A stretch of 63,021 bases of DNA, the filler included, from Rhabdomonas costata (lineage: Eukaryota): assembly GCA_019059605.1 (NCBI GenBank). It is 37 parts of 37 records of this genome, joined end to end, with 100 filler letters (N's around TTAATTAATTAA, not from the genome) between each part and the next. Parts side by side here need not be neighbours in the genome. Positions count along the whole stretch, not along the records: positions 11,953 to 13,559 come from JAHMHO010012119.1; positions 13,660 to 15,266 come from JAHMHO010012120.1; positions 15,367 to 16,972 come from JAHMHO010012121.1; positions 17,073 to 18,678 come from JAHMHO010012122.1; positions 18,779 to 20,385 come from JAHMHO010012123.1; positions 20,486 to 22,092 come from JAHMHO010012124.1; positions 22,193 to 23,798 come from JAHMHO010012125.1; positions 23,899 to 25,504 come from JAHMHO010012126.1; 29 more parts are not named here. The stretch is one strand, 5' to 3'. This document shows, piece by piece, positions 11,953 to 26,140 of the stretch (positions are counted from its first letter, which is position 1; each line of letters opens with the position of its first letter). The notes under the pieces were generated by a model. It made no database searches and was not told the DNA's origin. It worked only from the letters and a program-made list of their open reading frames with translations. Both the position numbers and the translations under genes were made by a program.

Positions 11953-13322
11953 TTGTGTGGGGGGGTGCCTGGCCCGGGCCAAGGCCGCCCTGGCCAGCAG
12001 TGGGCTGGACGTGGTGGTGCCTCAGGTGTTCCCCGCGCTGTGCCGGTCGGAGGTGGTAGTGATGGAGTTCGTGCAGGGAACCAAGGTGTGACCCAAGATG
12101 GGCACTTGTCATGTGCATCTCCCTCCCGAAGAAAGCGAAAAGAAGACGACCATGAGGAAAAAGTGAAACAAAAATATCGAAGCGAAGAGGCTCGGTCGGG
12201 TGTAACGACACGGTCATCAGCTGCGGCCGAAGCAGCAAATGAAAGCGTATATTTTGAAGGAAAGGAAAATTACTGCGCTTCTGCAGCGGGAAAGTTGGAG
12301 ATTAATGTGCCTCTAGCGCAAAACGCCGTCGGCCACGGAGTTGCCAGCGTCGAACAAGTCACTCAGCAGGTACGAGGTTGACGAAGGTACCAGAGTGGCC
12401 ACCAAAACTCCGCAGCACCTCCCTTCGTACCCAACGTGAAAAAGGCATCCCTGCTCAGCTCTGGTGTTTGCTTGATGGGGTTCGCTTTCGATTGAACTTC
12501 ATGATCCGATGCACACATCAATAAACGATTGGCCGTTAAGCCTCCAAGTTGCTGGTTTATTCTGAAAATATTCGGTTGGATGCTTCTGTGAGGATGGCAC
12601 TGCACTGTTACCACGTGTCAGTGTCCCTCGCCAGCCGATATACTTTTGCCGTGTCCGCGATGTGCTATGGCAAGCCGCGTTTCCCTTCCCTTAACCTCTC
12701 TCCCCCCCCCCCCCCCCTTTTTTGTTAGGTTACGGATTACTTCCGTGGGGGCGCTTCGGGGGCGTCCTTGGCTCAGCGGGAACACTTCATGCGGGAAGTC
12801 TGCCAGGCCGTGGCATTCCAGCTGCACATCGACGGGTGCTGCCCTGCTCCGCAAACACACTCCCGCCCTACATATCTTTTCCGAGGATGAAATGGTACTT
12901 GGTGCCGCCGTAGTTCCCGGCTGGATGCCAACCGACGGAACTTTGCTTGGGATGGTTTTTCTTGTTGCTGGTGAGCCCACTCGTCTTTTCGACTTCTTCG
13001 GGTAAACCTGAAAAATGACAAGGGTTAACTGTGGATTGTTGGGAGTTTTCGTTTGTCGCAATTTTGCGCGGTTTTTCGCTGCCCTTTAGCCTCAAAGAGC
13101 ATTTGTTTTGGTAATTTCAGGTAATGCTACACTCGCTTTCTTGCTTCTCCCCTCCTCAACGGGGTGCATGTTTTCCAGGCACTTCAACACAGATCCCCAC
13201 CCGGGCAACATCTTTGTGCGGGAATGCTGCCGCGACGGTGGCGGGGGCGAGAAGGCTCAGCCAGTGCTGCAGCCCGTGCTGCTGGACTGGGGCTTGTGCA
13301 AGACCCTTGAGGACAGCCGAAG
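11953..13322 (+). CDS. ABC1/UbiB (ADCK) atypical kinase, three internal exons
   Basis: Exons ~11953-12085, 12729-12835 and 13179-13322 read VVVPQVFPALCRSEVVVMEFVQGTK|VTDY...FQLHIDG|HFNTDPHPGNIFV...VLLDWGLCK. DPHPGN and LLD.G are the family motifs. Confidence 0.92.
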
Positions 13323-14257
13323 GCATCCAGAACCCACCCTGTTGGATCCCACTGCCCCCTGTTGCCGTTGTGTTTCCTCAGGTTCCTCAGGTTTTTGGTG
13401 CGCACCTCTGATACCCTTTGCAGCAGGGGCTTTGTGCCTCTGCCGTCTGTGCGTCTGCGTCGACTATGTGAGCATAGAGGGAAGTTTTGTCTGCCTTCCC
13501 GATTTTTCTTTTTGCTTAGCAGGGTTCTCGCGCGAGAACCCTGCTAAGCAAAAACAAACNNNNNNNNNNNNNNNNNNNNNNNNNNNNNNNNNNNNNNNNN
13601 NNNTTAATTAATTAANNNNNNNNNNNNNNNNNNNNNNNNNNNNNNNNNNNNNNNNNNNNCAGGTTCCGCTGCAGCCCGTGCTGCAGGGGAGGTGAATCAC
13701 GGGTCACCGTTGAAGTGATCGCAATTGAAGACCCGCCCAGGGGTTAAGTGGTGGGCTTAGGAAAACATGTTTACAAATATTTTAGATCACTGCACTCACG
13801 CCTAATTCGCAGCGTTCCGGAAGGGGGGGGGGGGGGCGAACCCGCTACCTATGCTTTGAAACCTCTGGTAAAGGTATGCATTATACGGTGACGTGGGCAG
13901 AAAGCCGATTCGATTGTGCCGAGGACGCTGCAACTGGCGGATTCTTTCCCGGACATGATGGACTCTCTGCTGAAGAGCGTTGCGGCCAATCTGAGAGCCC
14001 TGAGAATACACTGACAATGTGCTGAGCTCCTGCTGGCGAAAGATTCAGCAATATGCCCCGACACCCTCTGTAAGCTGCTTCCCGCAATACAGTGAAGTCT
14101 CCAACAAAAGTTAACAGTTGGGTCATATCAGAACGTCCTACTCCTTGCGAGTTTACCGCTGCCGCACATCATAGCGACGTTTTAGTACACTCGAGATTGC
14201 GTTGCCGTTGTCTTTGTGAGATGTTCGCTGAAACACCCTACAACGCTCGCAAGGCAC

Positions 14258-14603
14258 CTCAGAAGTGATCACAGAGTTGGCCAGCCAGTAGTCCTCCCCA
14301 GCCAAGAACACGGTGATGGTGAGATCCGGGAAGTACTCCCAACTGACGTAGGTCTTCACCAGCCAGAATCCAGCCTGCTGGATGGTGGCGTCCGTGGAGT
14401 TGACGAGGGTGTATCGCTGGAAGTCTGCCACCGGAGGAGGGTTCACAAGGGGATTGAACTCGCTGAAGTCGATGTCACTAAAAGATAGCGCAGGGTACGT
14501 GTAAGGACAGCCCACTTCGGCCTGGATTCTGGAAAAAGATAATTGAATCTCCCACTCCGAGGCTAAGACCTGGGACGCGTCTCTCCCTCCCAATCGATCG
14601 AGT
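14258..14603 (-). CDS. Exon of a hypothetical protein
   Basis: Open frame with GC-rich third codon positions (YTYPALSFSDIDFSEFNPLVNPPPVADFQRYTL...), bounded by a CAG acceptor and a GAG|GT donor. No family recognised. Confidence 0.45.
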
Positions 14604-15451
14604 CTGATGAGAAATTACTGGAAACCATCAAGAACCAATGGGTCCATACCCACGACCACGTCGGCAACAGCAGTCATCAAAAGGGCAAATAAGTCCTTGG
14701 AAATACTAGGTCAAACCAGAGCCCATATATTTTGCAACAAGTAATAAGCCTGCCACCAACTCCTTCACTATCGAAGCGTAGCGAACCTCAACCCAACCCA
14801 AGAGCAAGCCGAATTCGAAAAAATCCACTCGTCGGCTTTGCGTCTGCGGTGCGGTCGGGCTTTGGGATTCTTCTTCTCCTGAATTCTCTTCAAACACAAA
14901 TCACAAGAAAACGCCGCACGAAGAAAAGAATACTCCTTCCCTTTTTGGCTCGGCATGCCAATGCTTCGGACTTTATCGGCTCAAAAAAGCTGTGTATGGT
15001 ATCGCAGGCGCCACCGCAAATGGCTTCGAGGGCTGCAGCAGCAAATTAAAAGCACGGCAAACAAAGGTCGGAGCCTTCTTTCTCTTTTGTCTTTCTCCGC
15101 CCCAAGTCGAAAACAATGCGCCTCCAGACTTCTGATTGACTGACTGAGGGCACAAACGAGCTCCAAAGGCCTCCAGAGCACCACCACAACTCGCGCAGAG
15201 GGAAGATGCTGCTCATTCAAAACAAGAGAAAAAACGGTCAGCACCAACAGCAGCAGCAACAAACCCNNNNNNNNNNNNNNNNNNNNNNNNNNNNNNNNNN
15301 NNNNNNNNNNTTAATTAATTAANNNNNNNNNNNNNNNNNNNNNNNNNNNNNNNNNNNNNNNNNNNNTTTTGTTGTGCGGAGACCTTGGACCTTGGACCTT
15401 CTCGAGGACTAAACTGAGGATGCAATATCGTTTATTAAAGTAATCGCGGAC

Positions 15452-16539
15452 CTCCGGAAGGGGTTCTGGGTTCTCTGTGAACCACGCTGCCGCCGGACCG
15501 AGGTCTCCGCACGACGAAACCACTCCCTCCGGGTATTCCGAGGCAATCTCCGAAAGTGTGAGCTCCGCACTCTGGCCCTAAGCGGAAAGCATTGGTAATC
15601 ACATTCTCCAGGAAACACTGACGTCACATAGGAACCCATCGACACTTAGCTACACTGTTTGTCATGTACAGGTTTCGTTTTTTCTGAAGGCCTCCCCTAT
15701 TTGTTTCGGTGAGACAAAAGAGCAACCAACGCAGCGTAATAAAGTACCTCCACAGCGTACATGCAGAAATTAGGCGCGAAGAATACTGAAAGGGAGCAGG
15801 AAAGACCCTGGGACTCAAAGCAGAAAACTGAAGGGACGTATGTTGAGAAATTATGGTATACAATAGGATAACCCAAACATTGCCCACCCGGCCACTGTGC
15901 ACTGTGAGGTAGAAAAAGAGGAAGGCAATAATGAAACTCTCTGCAACCTTGCTCTTGACTAGGCTCACTCTCCAAAATATTTAGTTGTGCAATCCGAACA
16001 GTGTTCGGTGATTTTCGTGCCCATTCACTCGAGAAGGCCACCCCACGTCACGACCACAAGTCAACGGATCGCTTCAGGTTAAAAGAAATGACAATGAAAA
16101 GGATTAGTAGAGGCTCTTACCTTCTTTACTTATTACTTATGTTAGCACAATGGAAGTTGGCGGGGTGGAGGAACCCGTTACCACTGGTACAGTTACCACC
16201 ACAAAACCGGTACCCCCCCTCCCCAACTTCCATTGCACCGTTATTTTTTTGCTTTTGCGTTACGTTTACGTACCTTAACGTCACAACATGAGCACAGCAA
16301 AGGAATGAAGAAATGCGGTCCAGGGCACACCCGGTCTTGGCCAGAGTCGAGGGCCTGCTTGACAGCCTCGATGGAAACCCGGGAAAGGTACACGATTTCC
16401 TCGATGGTGGCGGGCCTGCCCAGCTCAGCCAGGAGCGTCCTGGCCTCGTTGGGCAACGCCTGGGCAAGCAGGCGGCGCTTCATTGCCTTCCACGTGAAGG
16501 CCGTGTGGAGGTCGCTGAGAGTCTGCCACACATCAACCT
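15452..16539 (-). CDS. Hypothetical protein, two exons
   Basis: Exons 16539-16331 and 15577-15452 are GT-AG and in phase: VDVWQTLSDLHTAFTWKAMKRRLL...DSGQDR|GQSAELTLSEIASEYPEGVV. Codon bias is coding-like. Confidence 0.55.
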
Positions 16540-18778
16540 CTAAGGCAAAAGAGCACAGCGATGCGGTGCCGAGGTCCATTGTGGGAACAGTCCAAAAACC
16601 ACCCAAGAACCAAAGAAAACAGCCAACCCCACACTTCGGTAACGAACCGAGTGATAGCATTTCACATGGTGCAGAGAGAATTCTAATGATATAAATAGAT
16701 GAGAGCAAAGATGACCCTTTGGAAAATGACAAAGGGTAGAAAATTGTTTGGGTTGTACGTAGCAGTTCAATGGACTCTCTTCCGCAGGGCCTCAATGGGA
16801 ATTGACAAACGATGGCCGAGGGCGCACGATGGCTGCGATGACCCCCCCCCCTCAAAAAAAACCTCAACAGGTCAGCGAAAATGACCCCCACACACACACT
16901 CTCTCTGCACTCTGCAAAGAAAGAAAAGAATAATTAGGACATCGTACACAAAAGTTTGGTGTTGCCCAACACNNNNNNNNNNNNNNNNNNNNNNNNNNNN
17001 NNNNNNNNNNNNNNNNTTAATTAATTAANNNNNNNNNNNNNNNNNNNNNNNNNNNNNNNNNNNNNNNNNNNNCCGACTACCCCCAAAAGAGGGGGGGAGG
17101 AGGGTCCACCGAAAAAATGATTACACTCAGTTTTTTTTCACAAATTTGTCCCACTTTTTCAGTTTTTTTTTAAAAAGAAATGGTCAACGGCTGAAGCTGA
17201 AGCTGACAGAACAGTTGCGCCAATAAGAAAAAAAGCAGGGCATAGTGGGCGGAGGGTTGCCTCGGTGGATTGGTCCTAAGTCCAGGTCCACGGGGCGCAG
17301 GGCGAAGGCCTCCCGGCCATTCTCGCGCCGCCACGGCGTGCTTGCCGGGGCAGCGCTCGCCGTAGACACCATACCGCACTCTACCCTCGCCCCCCCGACG
17401 CTACCTCCGAGACCTTCACACTCGGAGAGGTCTCCTCACAGAGAAAACAGAGAAAACGGCGCCAGCAGCAGCTGCTTTTCCAAAAGCAAGCAAGACAACC
17501 GAATCCGAAAACGCGATGGCAGGGTGAGAAAAGCAGAAGCAGGAAGCACTGCAGTCACCAGAGAAGCGAGAACGGTGAATGGAGGTAACGGGAGCATCTC
17601 TTTCCTACCCCTACCCCTCCCACAAAACTTGAACATCAAGGTGAGCGTAGAAGGGACTGCCTAGCCTGGGATGCAAACCTTAGCTGGTGGAACGGACCAT
17701 TTGCCGTGCCAGGGATATAAAGAGAACAGTTTTCCAAAGAGGAGAATATTCTGTGTGTATTTAAAAAAAACTGAGGCGACCCAATCATTTTTGCGGCGGC
17801 TCCGTTCAGCGTTAGCGGGGGGGTTAACAGAGTGTGCAGAAATACCTGAACAACGCGCACAGGCAGCGGGGTGGTGTTCAGTTTCGAAACAGAAACGGCA
17901 AAAGGAACTCGGGGACAGTGTGTGTTGGCGGGGAGGGGGTTGAAATATTGACAGGCACTTCAAGCAGGGAACCTAAAAACGGAATATTTACAGCGCCAAA
18001 ATCACAAGACACCAGATGAAGCAAAGGAGAAGCGCAGATCACGGGATCACGGGACAGGACAGCAAAGGCACGCGCATGCAGAGAACCCGCCACAGCATGG
18101 AAGAACACTTCCCTTAATAGACGGAATCAATGGAGCCCATGGGGGGCACACCGGGCACACGGTGTGCAGCCCCAAGACCCCAAGCAACAAAACGTCAAAA
18201 CCGGGGGCGTGGGGGAGCGGGAAGTGAAGGCGCAACCGGTGGGGAAAAAGCACCCGACAATGATGAGAATCACAGTGTGGTAGTTGCACTGTTTGAGAAG
18301 GGAAGGAGGGGAACCGGAAAGCCACACGGGAGCAGGCACCTGTCCCATTAGATTGGAGTAAAGGATAGTGCACAGAGACACGGCACAGAAAAAGCAGCAG
18401 ATGGAGAGGCCTGAGGGGAAGGCACCGTGGCGCTTGTGGCGGCTGCCAGGCAGTTGGCGGTTGCCAGACAAAAGGTCTGTGCAATCACGCTGGAGGCGGA
18501 AGCCTTACCCAAGTGCCTCCTCCAATGGGGGTGGGAATAATGACGTGCAACTCTTCGTGCTTTTCGGAACACGGCTACAACTCAAGAGGTTACCCCGAGT
18601 AGCAGCACCAACACCACTAAAAGCCTTAACCGCTACCCGCCAGCCAACACAACACAACACAACCCCCAAACACCCCACNNNNNNNNNNNNNNNNNNNNNN
18701 NNNNNNNNNNNNNNNNNNNNNNTTAATTAATTAANNNNNNNNNNNNNNNNNNNNNNNNNNNNNNNNNNNNNNNNNNNN

Positions 18779-20023
18779 GTTGTGGTTGGCAACGTCTCGA
18801 TTACCGGGTCGGCAAGTGCGACGGCAGAGGGTGCTTCTGTTTCTTCTTCTCCGATTCCGATTTACCGTGCGTTGACTTGGAGCTGGGAGGAGATTGTTGA
18901 GAGACAATTTCCTGTCTCTCGAACATTCAACCGAGGCCTGAACCTGCACTGCGGGTACACGTTGGAGCCCCATGTTCGCAATTCTGACGGGCTATTCTCA
19001 ACATTGAACCAACTGGCCGGAGGCCTGTCTGTCTCGCTGAGATTGGGTCGCACACTGATTCCACGAGGCCCCCCGGCGAACTACGCCCCTCGTCATCTGT
19101 GCTACGCAAGTACTGTGCATACATTTTCTCTCACCCCTCAGGGAAGTGGGCTCCAACTTAGGGGGACATTTGTGGAATAAGAAATAAAGGAATCAGAAAA
19201 TTTCAAAGTTATCGAAGCAATCTTTTATCGTGCATTCGTTTTTTGTATAGTATATGGGGCTTGCTAACGTCTTGCTGCCACCGTTACCACCGTTATGTTT
19301 GTTTGATGCTGCCACGGTGTTTGTGTTGGCTTTGTGGTCTGGTTCATCTGCTGCGTCAATGTCATCTATCGCACAACTCACACAACGTAGCCTCCTGAAT
19401 ACGACGGAACATCGACTGAAAAGAGCATTCTGCTCTACAAAAAAATACCAGACCCCTGAAAGGTTGACTAAAAATAATATGCATGCAACATATCTAAAAA
19501 AATGCTTACCGTTTGTCAGTCCTGTCAGTCCTTTGTTTGTCAGTTTGTCAGTCGTTACGCGTTTTCCTCCCTCACCCTCCCGCACTTATCCCCGTTTTTG
19601 AACAATTTCCGCGGTATGTTGTTTCCTCTTTGCTGAAAAAGGCAATCTTTTGAAAACTGTTGAAGGAGTGGGCCGTTTCCTGATGTCCCGCGAAAATATT
19701 GAACGAGTATGATTGATTGATGTGATGACATTGATCGATATGATAGATGGTTGGTTTATTGTGCGCGAGCTTCTCTCTCTAAGGCATTGTTTTCCCGTGT
19801 TCTGGTATATTTCAGACCGAAAACCTGTGCCCCACGAATACTCTTGGGTAAACTGTCTATTTCGACCCATGACCAGCTGCGACCCTCGGTCCATCAAGTT
19901 TCAAAAGGGCAAGAAGGACTTTCTGGAAAAGGGTGTCAGGAACATCTACCAACACATCAATGCCTTCCCCGAGCTTGTTCGGGCGCACATGGAAACTCCA
20001 GCCTTGAGCGAGGCCAACCTTCG
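18779..20023 (+). CDS. Alpha-1,6-fucosyltransferase (FUT8/GT23)-like glycosyltransferase, two exons
   Basis: Exons ~18779-19109 and 19816-~20023 read GLFSTLNQLAGGLSVSLRLGRTLIP...NY...C...SWVNCLFRPMTSC. This resembles the GT23 pattern G..S.LH.L...L..A....RTL...Y...W.C.F.P.S.C. Confidence 0.55.
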
Positions 20024-23000
20024 GCACAACGCAAACGTGCTGGCCTTTCTTTTTCGTCCTGTGGGTGTGTTCCGCCTGCTTCCGTTTTTTTATTCGCCAT
20101 CGCCGTGGTAATTTCACAGGTGGGGGGTGTTAAAAGCGTTGGACGTCTGTCCACACGCTGACTCAGGGTTCGGATGATGAGCTTGCTTGGATATTTTGGT
20201 TGGGACTGCCCGAGTCTCTTCCTGCCCAGCTGTGAACCATCCAGTTTTTTTTCTTCCAACATGTTTATTTAACACCCCTGCGCTAGTCACTGATTGTGCT
20301 TAATAAACATGTTGGAAGAAAAAAAACTGGATGGTTCACAGCTGGGCAGGAAGGGACTCGGGCAGACCCAACCAAAATAACCAAANNNNNNNNNNNNNNN
20401 NNNNNNNNNNNNNNNNNNNNNNNNNNNNNTTAATTAATTAANNNNNNNNNNNNNNNNNNNNNNNNNNNNNNNNNNNNNNNNNNNNGGTTGGGTGTTTTCT
20501 GGTTGTTTTTGGAGAGGTGAGGCGTCCTCAGAGAGAGAGAAATATTTGCACTCTGCGAACAAGAAGAATGGGTGCGTCGGATCCCCCCCCCCCGCATGTG
20601 CAAAGCCTAATAACCCCATGAGACCCAAATAAACTAATCCTAAATAACAGGTGATGTCTCACAAGTGCGTGAGCCAGGGTTGTTTTGTCTGCTGGTTTAT
20701 GTGCAGTTTTCCTGCGTCCTTCGGTGCAGGAACCACGATGAGAAGTTTTTGTTCCTGGGGCCGTATACTCCCTTTCATATCTTTTCCACTAGGGGGGGGG
20801 GGCAGATAGTTCACTTGAGTGGGGGAAGGGCGAATATAATTCACGAGCACAATACTAATCCCAGAAATCTGGGGAATTATCTCAAGCACAGACCATAATC
20901 CTGATGCGGCTAGGGAGCAACTGGGAGCCTTGTAAGCGAATCTCAAAGGGACTCGCCACGACAACCACTGCCACAGGAAAATGGACCCAGAAAAAGTTCT
21001 TTCAGCGCAACGGCCATAGCACCCAGTGTACGGTTGCAGCGTTTCTGCTGAAGTTCGGCGTGCAGCAAAGGTCTTCATTCTCGAAGACAGGAATGAAGCT
21101 CACGGAGGTGTGAGCCGTGGACTGGACAGCTCCTCCGTGGGAAATGGATATGCCGCGCTGCTGGGGATCTTGCCCTCCAGAAGAGTGGTCACACATCGCG
21201 CCACTGGTCCGTCGACCTGAGGCGACAGGACATAAGGAGAAATGGAACCGCTGATAGAGAGATGCTCGCCCATTCGCTACAAAATAAACTGAACCCCCCC
21301 TGAGCCAGTTCAGCACGTTTGAGGAGGCTGAAAACCCACCACCATCTGGATGGCACTATATAGCAATCAAATAATAAATAAGCGCAATCAGAGCCAGTGA
21401 CATAGTACATTCGTCTATGGCGTTGCACAGGAAGGCGACTCGCAGGTGTCGAGGAGTGGGGGGCGTGTGCGTTGTGGGGGTTCCCTCCGAGGCTCGGTTC
21501 TCCTAGGGGCCCCGTACGGAAGCCCCAAGCTTCCACCTGCACGGGCCCTACAGTCATCCACTTTTGGGCCCGTAAATTCTCGCAGTCCAACACGTTCTAA
21601 AGCTGAAGCATGCGTGACCATCACTTTCACAGTGTACGCTCTCCGCGGGATCACCAAACTCTGATGTCTTGTTGGACTCTTTGCTGCGCCTTGCAAGGCC
21701 GCTGCAGGATTCCTCAGCGTGTGCGACATGGGTTACTGAGCGTTTTGCCCATGCTTTTATTGTTGCTACCGCTGGCTTCCAGAGAGACTGGAGCTTCACC
21801 ACCTCCAGGTGCTTCTAGGAGCTGTCCTTTTTTCCCCTGTGCGTCCAGGTCCTGGGCTGAAGGATCCATCAACGTTTCCGACGCATTGTGCGGATGGCTC
21901 AGGGGAGGGAGGATTCAGCTAGGCTGGTGGCAGGGCCGAGTGGCCATGCCACCGCATCCCAACTGCCGCGTTCCTCTCTCCCGTTGGGCAGAGCCCGCTA
22001 CGGGGTCTGGAGGCTCGTCGCCCCGGGCTCTTCAGATACTCTCAACTGGAGCCCTGGGCCATGCCACACTGGTCCGGCCGAGACACCCAACCNNNNNNNN
22101 NNNNNNNNNNNNNNNNNNNNNNNNNNNNNNNNNNNNTTAATTAATTAANNNNNNNNNNNNNNNNNNNNNNNNNNNNNNNNNNNNNNNNNNNNTGTTTGTG
22201 TGTTTGTGTGTGTTGGGCGCTGGCTCTTGCCTGGTTGACTGGTTGCTTGGTTGTTGGTGACCACTCTGGACTGACTGGCGCACGCGCTGTTGGTCACGGG
22301 TGCTCGCGAGAGGTGCCGTTAGAGCGAACGGTGCCGTGGGGAACCGGAACCGGCTCACCGCCGAACGTTCCATATCTGGTGACCTTCAGCCTCACGGGTC
22401 CCGGGCCATTGTCGCGCGGCTGCTCTTTTCCAGCGGCTACCTGCATTGCTCCATTGCTGCTAACGTCTCTACGACTCCACACGGGACGTGAGACATTACG
22501 CACTATCGGGGGGAAATAATGAAAATGAGTTGGTTCGCATTGCCATAGAAAAGGGAGCTGAAGAGTGACTTCATTAAGCTTGGATGAAAATGCGCCACAC
22601 CAACGCAAATGTGCAGCTCCCTCCCCACTCTCCCGTCCTTCCCTCACTCTCTTCCGACCCATCATGCCCTAGGCACACTCCCTGCATCCCCACCTCCGCA
22701 TACCTCATGCCTTCCACTTCCCTTCCTTTCCTTTCCCTGTGAAGCGTGTGCTTGCGGTTTGCCCACCTCAGACACTGAGCCTGAAGGGCAACCCCGTTGG
22801 TGCGGGCATGCCCTGTAGCTGGTGTGTTCCACTCCTCTACTGCACCAAATGAAAAACGCTGGCCACGCACACACCTTTCTTCACCAAGGCTTTAGCTTCC
22901 TGAATTTCAGTCATTCCCATGTCTTTCAACTCTGCGACGCAAACGAGCAGATGAGAAAACAACGCCGCATAAAAATCAGGTTCAAAAAAAGGCCAGGTTT

Positions 23001-23942
23001 ATGCGAACCAGAAAAATGCCCCAAATGCACTGTTGTAATCCAGGAAGTGGAGTGGGTCGCCAAGGGCTCAAGAACCCAGTTCATGCATCGCCTCCTACCC
23101 CCTGCCAAGGGGATAACAGAGTCCCACAGGGAGCGCCTGTCCCCCTCTAACCCGTTCTAACCACTAATGTTTTCTTCTCTTGTGCTGGAGGGGTGGGGTG
23201 GAGGCCTAATTTTAAGTTAGCACCGCCACCAATCTTTCTTTCACACCTCCTGAAGAAGTCAACAGCATAAACTTACAACGAAAAAACTGATGGTTCGGTC
23301 AAACATACCGACAAACTTAGGGGAATGCTCATTGGCAATGAATTCTGGCAGCTTCGCGCAGCAGGAAAACCCCAGCAATGGGCCTCCCCTGCGGTGAAGC
23401 AGCACCGCCCACCGCGAAAACATGGTCTTCCGACAACACAGATAAAAAGGATCCGCGGTGGATTGCAAAAGCTCATATAGAGAGAGATAGACAATACAAG
23501 CAGAACCTCATCCGTCAACGTCTGATTTTCAGCTGCAATCCACAACAACCACGGTTGCACTGATCTGCAACTCAACGCAACCCTGCACCGACTTCACTAC
23601 ATCTGCCCCAGCACCGCTTGTCTCCTCATTGCCCGAATTACCCTGCAGCGGCCCCATGCAAACATCCCGATTCCTCCTCCAAAGTGGGAAACGTCAGCTC
23701 CAGGCAAACCCAATATATATGACTTATATGACTTATTCAACTAATATATGACTTATTCAACTGAATTTCGAAAACAAATCCGTTCCTCCCCCCACCCCNN
23801 NNNNNNNNNNNNNNNNNNNNNNNNNNNNNNNNNNNNNNNNNNTTAATTAATTAANNNNNNNNNNNNNNNNNNNNNNNNNNNNNNNNNNNNNNNNNNNNGT
23901 TGGGGGGTGTCCTCCTCCCCTCCTTACACCCACCGCCGGCAG

Positions 23943-24134
23943 GAGGACGAGCTTGGGAGGCTGAAGCAGAGCGGGGGCCAGGCCCTGCTGGAGTTTCTGA
24001 TGACCCAGGTCCTCACCCAGGCCCCCGAGAACCCCGTGGAGTTCCTGCTGAGGGTGCTGCGGGACAGCCCAGACCTTCCTGCGGGGCCGTACTCCCCGTC
24101 CGCCAGGCCCTCCAGCCGGGGCACGGCTGCATGA
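23943..24134 (+). CDS. Terminal exon encoding a dimerization/docking (Dpy-30/RIIa-like) domain
   Basis: QALLEFLMTQVLTQAPENPVEFLLRVL matches the D/D motif LL..L...LL...P.DP..FL...L. CAG acceptor and TGA stop. Confidence 0.75.
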   Translation, partial: EDELGRLKQSGGQALLEFLMTQVLTQAPENPVEFLLRVLRDSPDLPAGPYSPSARPSSRGTAA

Positions 24135-26038
24135 GCGGAAGGGGTATGGAGGCGGAACCCCGAACGTTCGTTTGTGGGAAGGGTTCGTTGCTGCGCATTT
24201 AGTGAGGGAGGCAGGGAAACGAAAAGGAAGCGTGTTGCTTTTCACCTGTACGTGTATGTACTGTACATGTGTACATGCTCCAGACCATTCCGTACCTCTG
24301 CATAGGCTGTAAGTGTGCGTGGGTTTGTTAGCTGCTTCGCAGAGCAGAGAGGTGATGAGGCGGTCGGGATGGTCGTGTTCGCGAATTTTTAGTGTGAGTG
24401 GCATCCCATTCCCTCACAATATTGCTGATTTCACTTTCATCGCTCTTGCGACCCACAACGCCCAACGAATCAAATTTGCAGCACACCACAAAGGCACCTG
24501 TGGTGGAGTCCTCAGGAAGTTGCTTCCCACACCTTTACCCTTGTGCGACGTCAAGAACTGCGAGTAGAAAAACGCAGCTGGAGCTGCAACGAATCTTGTC
24601 GCCAGGAGGCGACATTATTTCTTCGCGAATCACTGTTAAAAAAAGCAGATGATGGCATTGGAGCACCTCATTATTAAGGGATTATCTTCTATGATTTAGG
24701 TACAGTTGCGTCTCTTTCGCTTGCTTTTCTGCTGCAGGTTGTTGGTCAATTACCCCCTCTCCCCTCCCCCTCCCTGACTCATTTTGTTCTGCTGGTGAAA
24801 TTGTACGTGTGAGTTGCGAAGTGGACGAAGCGCGGTGAGGGGACAGAGAGGAGTCTTTCACATTGTGTATGCGTCAGCGGTTTCTGCGTTGGTGACTTTC
24901 ACGTGACCTTCGCGGGACCCCCCTGAAGTCCCTTGTGCTGGGCTCTGCTTCAGAGCTTCTCCCCCTCTCCCTCGCATCCCTCTTTCTCGTAGCTGCTGTC
25001 CTTGGTGGGTTCACAGCATTTCAGATCATATTACAAACCTGATGTAAGGGCGGCTTGTTTGATGAAACTGGTCAGGCCTTTGCTAAATCTAAATCTATAT
25101 CAGTAACTCTCATTGCATCAGCAGTTGTCGTCACGGGTGCCCAACTTCACTTCGGATTAATGTCATTCCGTTACGCAGGCATGCTGTTGTGCCTGGGTTA
25201 GCGGTGGTCAGGCACCAGGCTGGCTCATAAAACTCTAATACATCATGAAATGCTGTGAGTCCTGCCCCTGGGCAATCCCTTCCTCTGTATCCTCCCCCTC
25301 TCCCCGTATTCTCGAGCGCAAGCCCTAACCGACTGCAGTGTGCCCGTTGTCAAACCCCACACCTTCCCCCCTCCCCTGCCTCCCAAGGGAAGCGCAGCAA
25401 TACAGCGCAGAACGTGACTGCTGTCTGCTTCTGTGCCCTATTACACACATTCCCACACCACCCGCCTACTCACCTTTCCTTCCTTTTTGGAAGACCCCAC
25501 ACACNNNNNNNNNNNNNNNNNNNNNNNNNNNNNNNNNNNNNNNNNNNNTTAATTAATTAANNNNNNNNNNNNNNNNNNNNNNNNNNNNNNNNNNNNNNNN
25601 NNNNACCCCGATTACCGCAAACTTTTCTTTTTTAGGATTTTTGAAAAATTACCCATTCGTTTTTTTTTCTTCTTAGTGATGCGAACGGCATTATGCTGCT
25701 TGTGTTGGGAGCATAGCGCGCGCTGGCTGTCGGCTAACGGGCTGTTGGGACCCGCTAACAACTGACAGGCCCACAAGCTGTTGGCCTCGGGTGCTCGAGG
25801 GAGGTACCATCGCAACGCAAGGTACCGTGGTGTCTTCATGCAGTGTGCGAGTATGTGTGTATGTGTGTGTGGGAGAAAGGAGGGAGGAATATTGATCCCA
25901 TTGCCCGACATTCATCATAGCGAGCTGCAGTGAACGGTGCAAAAGAAGTTACAGGCACAGTCCTCGCTTCAGCCGAGCGAGTATCACACCCCGCACCCTG
26001 CAAAGCTCTACATGCTTTCGGAATGAAGGGGACTTGAC

Positions 26039-26140
26039 CTGCAGCCACGGAAGCAGCACCGCAGCAAGAGTGGGGCTGGTACTGCTTCCCAACGATGACA
26101 CCCTACTCACCATGGACAAGATGGTCTCCATGGCCACGGC
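26039..26140 (-). CDS. Exon of a hypothetical protein
   Basis: TTTGCAG acceptor and CAG|GT donor bound AVAMETILSMVSRVSSLGSSTSPTLAAVLLPWLQ. Other candidate exons flank it. Confidence 0.35.

Noticed and set aside
14604-14720. In-frame TAA/TGA upstream of an ORF, suggesting stop-codon reassignment
   Set aside because: A splice acceptor at 14604 explains it, and the conserved genes in the window have no in-frame stops.
17300-17420. VASGGEGRVRYGVY, resembling a kinase Gly-rich loop (minus strand)
   Set aside because: There is no VAIK lysine, and codon bias favours another frame (MVSTASAAP...).
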